From: Candidatus Cloacimonadales bacterium
Lineage (GTDB): Bacteria; Cloacimonadota; Cloacimonadia; Cloacimonadales; JAFGVF01
NCBI GenBank assembly: GCA_963678315.1
Contig: OY782781.1
Span: 2,080,001-2,144,000, forward strand
Length of the DNA: 64,000 nucleotides
Direction of reading: 5' to 3'
Shown: positions 58,231-64,000 of the stretch, piece after piece
How the letters are laid out: every line of letters begins with the position of its first letter
Numbering within the stretch: the stretch's first letter is position 1
Position numbers and translations under genes: made by a program
Notes under the pieces: generated by a model
Database searches by the model: none
What the model saw: only the letters and a program-made list of their open reading frames with translations
What the model was told of the DNA's origin: nothing

Positions 58231-58304
58231 TAGCAACTGACTTCGTCATTACTTGCCTCATTGAAAAAAAGCCACTTTTTCAAGGGGGCAAGTAAGGATG
58301 TAGT
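58231..58304 (+). repeat. Dispersed palindromic element, sub-type A, copy 3 (long arms)
   Basis: TTACTTGCCTCATTGAAAAA...TTTTTCAAGGGGGCAAGTAA, with the family tail present on both sides in inverted orientation. Confidence 0.85.
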
Positions 58305-58323
58305 AGTGAGGAATTAGTAGTGG

Positions 58324-58431
58324 TGGAGTGTAAGCATCCAAAGGTCCAATAGCAAGCAAGATGCTTGCGCACAATATAATGATGGAGTGTAAGCATCCAC
58401 CGATAGGTTGAACAAAGTTCATGCTTACGCA
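58324..58431 (+). repeat. Tandem pair of REP-like inverted doublets
   Basis: Exact 17-mer TGGAGTGTAAGCATCCA at 58324 and 58383, each followed by a complementary ATGCTT(G/A)CGCA at 58361 and 58421. Confidence 0.75.
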
Positions 58432-58613
58432 AAGACCATGCTTTATCCAGTAAGGACATTTTAGTCCCGAAGGAACGATATAGATTTTATCTCCGCTCAT
58501 AAAAATAGAACACTGTTTAGACAGATGAAATGAGTTAGGAGTGAAGTTAGCAGTGATGAAGTAAACAAAAAGTTATAATTTCTCTGCAAAAATAGATGAT
58601 TGAGATATTTTAA

Positions 58614-58642
58614 TTGACAGTCTTACTCCTGCCTTCTATTAT
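58614..58642 (+). promoter_or_regulatory. sigma70 promoter of the TPR lipoprotein gene
   Basis: TTGACA-N17-TATTAT. Confidence 0.75.
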
Positions 58643-58719
58643 AGATAATACGTAATAAAATATACTATATGAGTTAGAAGTTAGCTAATTTATACTTATA
58701 AATAAGAGGAGAATTATTA

Positions 58720-60204
58720 ATGAGCATCAAAAAACTATTGATTTTTGTAGGACTGATTTTACTTTTAGTAGGGTGTAGTACTAATAAAGTTTCCAACAAT
58801 CAAAAGATTGAAGAGCCACAAGATGAAAATTTGGAATACTATCTTTCCATTGCACCTGTATTGGAAGAAATATATAGTGAAGAATTTAATTTTAATTATA
58901 AAATGGCTGTACAATATATTATTGTAGAGCCTGATTTAGATAAAGGAGCTGAATTTATTGATAGAGCTCTTGAATTATATCCTGAACACTTTGGATTGTA
59001 TATATTATTAGGTAAATTCTACGAAAACTTAGGTGTGCTAGAATATTCTTTTGATTCATATCAGGAAGCATTAAAAATGGCTCCAGATAATACAGAAGAA
59101 AAATACTTAAAAGATATTATGTTCAATATGATACTTGTTTCTAGTGACTTGGATAACCTCTGGAGAACTAAATATTTATTAGGAGAGGCTACAAAATACA
59201 AAAATTTCTTCGAAGAATATCCCTTTCTATATATATTGAAAGCAAAGAACGAATATTACTTTAATGAAGCTGATACTGCCCTGGCTACTTTAGATGAGTT
59301 TACTGAAAACAATGAAATTAATCAAGGTGCTTCATATCTTTTAGCGAAAATTTGGCAAAGCAAGGGTGATTATGTCAAAGCTCTGTTCTTCATAGATAAA
59401 CATATTGAATTCTATCCTGTTGTTGACTCCTATGTTATTAGAGCAAATATACTACATGATAAACAGGATTATGAAGCATATATGAATCAATTACATCAAA
59501 TTTATGAAATGGATGCAACTAATGCCTATGCTCTATACCATTTAGCTGAAGAATCTTATTATCAAAATGACTTTGAGAATAGTCATAAATACTTTACTGA
59601 GTTAATAGCTGTACCAGAAATTGATGACGCATACTTCAATTTCAGGATTGCTCAATCAAACAGACATTTGCAAAATTTAGAAAAAGCTGAGGAATATATT
59701 ATACTAGCAGACTCTCTTTATCAGGAGTATGAAAGTAATTTCAATGATATTGGTTTCAATTCCTATGATATACAAGTTGAGTATGCAGAACAAGAGTATA
59801 TAAAAAGTCAATTTACTGAGGCGCAAAAGCATATCCAACCAGTAATTGATTATTATCTTAATTTAGATACAGAAGAAATTGTTGATCATTACTCTAACAT
59901 TGGATGGTATTACTTACTTGCTAGTGAATATGATAAATGTATCGAGTACAGTGCTTTAGGTTTAAAATATGAACCTAAAAGTAAGAATGCACTAACTAAT
60001 ACTGGCTTATCATATCTTCATAAAGGTGATTTATTAGAAGCAGAGAAATGGTATTCTAAAGCTATTAGTCTTTATCCAGATATTAGGAGTGACAAGATCA
60101 TTATCAATGAGTTGTTAGTTGCTGCACATCATACAGGCAACAAGAAGATTATTGAGGAATTCTTACCTAAATTCTTTGACCCATATGCAAAATCAGAAGA
60201 ATAG
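58720..60204 (+). CDS. Tetratricopeptide-repeat lipoprotein
   Basis: Lipobox LLVGC and repeated TPR-like helices ending in ALELYP, ALKMAP and AISLYP. Confidence 0.85.
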   Translation: MSIKKLLIFVGLILLLVGCSTNKVSNNQKIEEPQDENLEYYLSIAPVLEEIYSEEFNFNYKMAVQYIIVEPDLDKGAEFIDRALELYPEHFGLYILLGKFYENLGVLEYSFDSYQEALKMAPDNTEEKYLKDIMFNMILVSSDLDNLWRTKYLLGEATKYKNFFEEYPFLYILKAKNEYYFNEADTALATLDEFTENNEINQGASYLLAKIWQSKGDYVKALFFIDKHIEFYPVVDSYVIRANILHDKQDYEAYMNQLHQIYEMDATNAYALYHLAEESYYQNDFENSHKYFTELIAVPEIDDAYFNFRIAQSNRHLQNLEKAEEYIILADSLYQEYESNFNDIGFNSYDIQVEYAEQEYIKSQFTEAQKHIQPVIDYYLNLDTEEIVDHYSNIGWYYLLASEYDKCIEYSALGLKYEPKSKNALTNTGLSYLHKGDLLEAEKWYSKAISLYPDIRSDKIIINELLVAAHHTGNKKIIEEFLPKFFDPYAKSEE

Positions 60205-60350
60205 CTGAAATTTTAATAATCAATATTATTACTTAATCCAATTTTGTAATGATAAAATTATACATATTAGCTTGAAAAATGAATTGACATCTTTAATCAA
60301 ATCAAGAATTTGTGAATAAAAATATAAAATATAATAATTAAGGAGTTAAT

Positions 60351-61598
60351 ATGCCTATATTTAGACCATTTAAAGCTGTTAGACCAGTAGCAGAAAAAGC
60401 TAAAGCAATAGCTTCATTACCTTATGATGTGATGGACTCAAACGAAGCAAGAGAAGAACTTGCAAGAAATCCTCTTAGCTTCATCAAAGTTGAAAAAGCT
60501 GAAGTTACATTACCTGAGGGTACAGACCTTTACAGTGAAGCTGTATATAACAAAGCTAAAGAAAATTTATATACTTATCTAAAAGATGGTGACATGATTC
60601 AAGACGAAAAAGCTGCATTTTATGTGTATCGTCAAATCATGGATGGAAGAGTTCAAATTGGTTTAGTTGGTTGTACTGCAACAGAAGACTACATGAACAA
60701 CTTAATCAAAAAGCATGAGCTTACTAGAGCTGCTAAAGAAGCTGATAGAATCAAACATGTTGATACATGTGATGCTCACTCTTCACCTGTATTCTTTACT
60801 TATAGACATAGAGAAGATATCGATGCTATAGTTAATAAAGTAATTGCTGGCACTCCAGAATATGACTTTGTATCAGATGATGGTATTGCTCATACTTTAT
60901 GGTTACTTAATGAAGATGCTGATATCGAAGCTATTTCTGCAGCTTTCAACGATATGAACTACTTATATGTTGCTGATGGTCATCATAGAACTGCTTCTGC
61001 TGCAAAAGTAGGTCTTCTTAGAAAAGAAGCAAATCCTAACCACACTGGCGAAGAAGAATATAACTTCTTTATGACTGTTATCTTCCCTGATAACCAATTA
61101 TATATCATGGACTATAACCGTGTAGTTAAAGATTTAAATGGTCACTCAACAGAAGAATTCTTCAATTTAATCCAAGAAAAATTTGATTGTGTTGAATTTG
61201 ATGGTCAAGGTGCGTATTCACCAGAAGCAAGACATGACTTTGGTATGTATATCAACAAAAAATGGTATAAGTTAACTGCTAAAGAAGGAACATTCGATCC
61301 AGAATCACCAACAAAATCTTTAGACGTTTCTATTCTTCAAGAAAACTTATTACACCCTATTCTTGCTATCGGTGATCCAAGAACTGATGAAAGAATTGAC
61401 TTTATTGGTGGAATCAGAGGTTTATCTGAATTAGAAAAAAGAGTTGATTCAGGTAGAGAAGTTGTTGCATTTGCTATGTTCCCAACTTCAATTGAAGAGT
61501 TAATGAACATTGCTGATGCAGGAGAAATTATGCCTCCAAAATCAACATGGTTTGAACCTAAATTACGTTCAGGTATGTTTATTCACTTATTAAAATAA
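60351..61598 (+). CDS. DUF1015 family protein
   Basis: RPFKAVRP, SLPYDV, IKKHELT, YVADGHHR and MPPKSTWFEPKLRSG motifs. Confidence 0.92.
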   Translation: MPIFRPFKAVRPVAEKAKAIASLPYDVMDSNEAREELARNPLSFIKVEKAEVTLPEGTDLYSEAVYNKAKENLYTYLKDGDMIQDEKAAFYVYRQIMDGRVQIGLVGCTATEDYMNNLIKKHELTRAAKEADRIKHVDTCDAHSSPVFFTYRHREDIDAIVNKVIAGTPEYDFVSDDGIAHTLWLLNEDADIEAISAAFNDMNYLYVADGHHRTASAAKVGLLRKEANPNHTGEEEYNFFMTVIFPDNQLYIMDYNRVVKDLNGHSTEEFFNLIQEKFDCVEFDGQGAYSPEARHDFGMYINKKWYKLTAKEGTFDPESPTKSLDVSILQENLLHPILAIGDPRTDERIDFIGGIRGLSELEKRVDSGREVVAFAMFPTSIEELMNIADAGEIMPPKSTWFEPKLRSGMFIHLLK

Positions 61599-61620
61599 GA
61601 CTAATATTAAAGTTAAATAA

Positions 61621-61653
61621 AAGAAAGGCTAGTGAATTATCGCTAGCCTTTAA
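61621..61653. terminator. Probable bidirectional terminator between convergent genes
   Basis: AAAGGCTAGTGA-ATTA-TCGCTAGCCTTT with A/T-rich flanks. Confidence 0.8.
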
Positions 61654-61673
61654 TATATATATAAGGTATAATA

Positions 61674-62744
61674 TTACAGTTCTTTAACGATTATATATAA
61701 AGCTCTTTTTAAGTCTTGGTATTCACAAGAATAAGAAATCCTAATATAATTAGTCAATCTTTGAGAAAAAGCGACACCTGGAATAACAATTACACCTTTA
61801 GTTAACAATTTTTCTGCAAAAAGGTATCCATCTTCACCTATGTTAATAAAAAGATAAGGAGCACTTGCTGCTTCATAGGATAATCTATTAATTAGCATTT
61901 CACTTACTAGCTTAAAGTTAAGTCTAAGCTTAACCCTAAGTTCTCTTTGGTAAAGTTTACTTTCGCTGTTAAAAGCTTCTTCAATCAATCTTTGCCCTAT
62001 ATAATTTGCACAGGTTGATATGTATTGATGGGATACTGTTATCTTTTCTGCTAAATCTTGTGGAGCAATTACCCAGCCAATACGCCAACCAGTCATACAG
62101 TGTGATTTAGATAAACCTGAAATTACAATGTGCTTATCGGTAAAATCTAAGACAGAATATGGATATTCCTTTAAATACAAGTCTCTATATATTTCATCAG
62201 AAATAATATAAATATTATTATCATGAGCTAAATCAATAAGCTTCTTCATAGATTCTTTGTTAATGATTGTACCTGTAGGATTATTAGGGTTATTAATAAT
62301 TATTGCTTTAGTGTTAGGAGTAATCTTATCCCTTATTCGTTTAACATCTATGTCATAATCTCTAAATTCATTCAAACTGTATACTACAGGGCTTGCCCCA
62401 AACATCTTGATAATAGACTCGTAAGCAGAAAAACCTGGGTCAGGTATTAATATCTCATCACCACTGCTGAGTAAAGTCTGCAAGCTTGCATAAAGAGCTT
62501 CTTCTGCCCCATTGGTTATAACAACTTGTTCAGCTTTAACATTATCGTATTGATTAGCTATTGCACTCCTTGAATTATACAAACCTGCATTTGGAGTGTA
62601 TTGGATCTTTTCTTCTAAGAGAACTTTAAGAGCTAAAGAATTAAGATTCTCAGGCATATCATAAGGAAGTTGCCCAAGTCCTAAGTTGATAGCATCCTTA
62701 GGAGCTTTATCAAAGATTTCTCGAATAACAGATTTCTTAACCAT
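61674..62744 (-). CDS. PLP-dependent class I/II aminotransferase
   Basis: INLGLG, TNGAEEA, NNPNNPTG, SDEIY and SGLSKSHCMTGWRIG (PLP lysine). Confidence 0.93.
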   Translation of the reverse strand: MVKKSVIREIFDKAPKDAINLGLGQLPYDMPENLNSLALKVLLEEKIQYTPNAGLYNSRSAIANQYDNVKAEQVVITNGAEEALYASLQTLLSSGDEILIPDPGFSAYESIIKMFGASPVVYSLNEFRDYDIDVKRIRDKITPNTKAIIINNPNNPTGTIINKESMKKLIDLAHDNNIYIISDEIYRDLYLKEYPYSVLDFTDKHIVISGLSKSHCMTGWRIGWVIAPQDLAEKITVSHQYISTCANYIGQRLIEEAFNSESKLYQRELRVKLRLNFKLVSEMLINRLSYEAASAPYLFINIGEDGYLFAEKLLTKGVIVIPGVAFSQRLTNYIRISYSCEYQDLKRALYIIVKEL

Positions 62745-62746
62745 AA

Positions 62747-63553
62747 CTACCTCAATAAGGATTCTAATTCTACTGATGCGGAGCTAGAAGCATCACGGTA
62801 CTTAATGATTATTGGACAATATATTTGAAATTGAGGATTTGATTTTAAAGGTCTAGAACCAGGAACAACAACTGCATTTTCTGGAACAATAGGAGCACCT
62901 TCAGTTTTTAAGAACTCATCTATTGTAGCGTCATAGATAGGAGTTCCATTAGTTATAATAGTTCCTGGGGCAATTATAGCACCGGATTTGACTAAAACAC
63001 CTTCGTAGATACCAGTATTTCCGCCGATAAAAGCATTATCTTCGATTATTACAGGAGCAGCATTAATTGGTTCAATAACCCCACCAATCATAGCTCCAGC
63101 TGATAGATGTACATTCTTGCCTATCTGAGCACAAGAACCAACTAAGGCATGAGAGTCAACCATGGTTCCTTGATCAACATAAGCTCCAACATTGATATAC
63201 ATTGGAGGCATCATAGTAACACCTTTAGCAACATAGCAACCTGTTCTAACTGAAGAGCCTCCGGGAACCATACGTATTCCTTGATCAGCAGTAAAAGTTC
63301 TTTCAGGATAAGTATTCTTGTCTGTGAAATTCTTATTAGTATAAGCTGGGACATCTACAATTTCACCCAATTTGAAACCTAGAAGAATTCCTTTTTTTAC
63401 CCACTCATTAACAACCCATTCACCATTAACCTTTTCAGCAGAACGAATCTCTCCGCTATTAAGTTTGCTTATAAATTCAGCAAATGTATCTAACGCTTGA
63501 TCTTTGTTATAATCTGTTTTAGAAAAATACTCTAATATTCTTTCTTTAAGCAT
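62747..63553 (-). CDS. dapD: 2,3,4,5-tetrahydropyridine-2,6-dicarboxylate N-succinyltransferase
   Basis: [43 protein letters not shown] and IGGVIEP motifs. The ATG at 63553 is preferred over the GTG at 63562. Confidence 0.95.
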   Translation of the reverse strand: MLKERILEYFSKTDYNKDQALDTFAEFISKLNSGEIRSAEKVNGEWVVNEWVKKGILLGFKLGEIVDVPAYTNKNFTDKNTYPERTFTADQGIRMVPGGSSVRTGCYVAKGVTMMPPMYINVGAYVDQGTMVDSHALVGSCAQIGKNVHLSAGAMIGGVIEPINAAPVIIEDNAFIGGNTGIYEGVLVKSGAIIAPGTIITNGTPIYDATIDEFLKTEGAPIVPENAVVVPGSRPLKSNPQFQIYCPIIIKYRDASSSASVELESLLR

Positions 63554-63554
63554 T

Positions 63555-64000
63555 TTAAACACCTTTTAGAGCTTCTTCTAATCTGTCCATTGCTTCTATT
63601 AGTATAGATTTTGGACAGCCAAAGTTTAATCTCATAAAACCAGTACCATTATTACCAAATGTTATGCCTTGATTAAGAGCAAGCCCAGCTTTATTTACAC
63701 ACAATTCTTTTATTTCTTCATCATTAAGACCTGTCTGTCTAAAGTCAACCCAGGCCAAGAATGTTCCTTCTGGTTTGAGCATTTTAAGCTTAGTAATATT
63801 ATTGATTCTTTCAACAAGATAATCTGCATTTGCTTCTAGATAGACGAGAAGTTCTTCTAACCATGGTTGTCCTTTAGTGTATGCTGAATTAAAAGCAACA
63901 TTACCTATACTATTTGAACCATAAACATGGATATCAAAGAAGTATTTCTTAACCCTTTTGAGAAGTTCTTCATTAGGAACAATCAGTACAGAAGATTGAA
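63555..64000 (-). CDS. MalY/PatB-like PLP-dependent cystathionine beta-lyase, C-terminal part (runs off the window end)
   Basis: The frame extends upstream of the track [33 protein letters not shown] and [12 protein letters not shown]. Confidence 0.88.
   Translation of the reverse strand, partial: QSSVLIVPNEELLKRVKKYFFDIHVYGSNSIGNVAFNSAYTKGQPWLEELLVYLEANADYLVERINNITKLKMLKPEGTFLAWVDFRQTGLNDEEIKELCVNKAGLALNQGITFGNNGTGFMRLNFGCPKSILIEAMDRLEEALKGV

Noticed and set aside
58324..58431. Possible mini-CRISPR (17-nt direct repeat at ~59-nt period)
   Set aside because: Only two short repeats; the intervening sequences contain the complement of the repeat, as in REP doublets; no cas1/cas2 or leader.
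58258..58500. 80-aa minus-strand ORF
   Set aside because: It runs across the palindrome and REP-like repeats; probably a by-product of locally higher GC.

Overview
AT-rich, gene-dense bacterial chromosomal window made up mostly of housekeeping genes: rnr (partial), yicC, a four-subunit 2-oxoacid:ferredoxin oxidoreductase operon with methylmalonyl-CoA epimerase, tatD, thiN, 3 x tRNA-Asp, waaA, murJ, panDC, guaB, a phosphohexomutase, rdgB, valS, ybeY, hsp20, ybaB-recR-ribE, a nuclease-DinG helicase, ABC-F, hutI and dapD. waaA (LPS), anaerobic amino-acid and 2-oxoacid fermentation genes, and two large secreted proteins ending in 'YPNPFNPET...KK(M/V)xLMK' FlgD-Ig/T9SS-type-A-like C-terminal domains point to an anaerobic diderm of the FCB group, most likely Cloacimonadota (inference, no search run). 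I found no transposase, integrase, prophage, CRISPR array or recognisable defence island. The least explained signals are non-coding: five dispersed copies, in two sub-types, of a ~35-70 nt palindromic element that looks like abutted IS5/IS1182-type ends, and several mosaics of REP-like hairpins, one of them mirror-symmetric. Also notable are a T-stem A52:C62 mismatch shared by all three tRNA-Asp copies, two CIRCE-like boxes before hsp20, a possible 18-aa amphipathic microprotein coupled to murJ, a degenerate HisRS paralog, a receiver-domain/PPDK-like protein lacking its PEP-binding barrel, and a SprA-like outer-membrane barrel. All product calls rest on motif recognition by eye.
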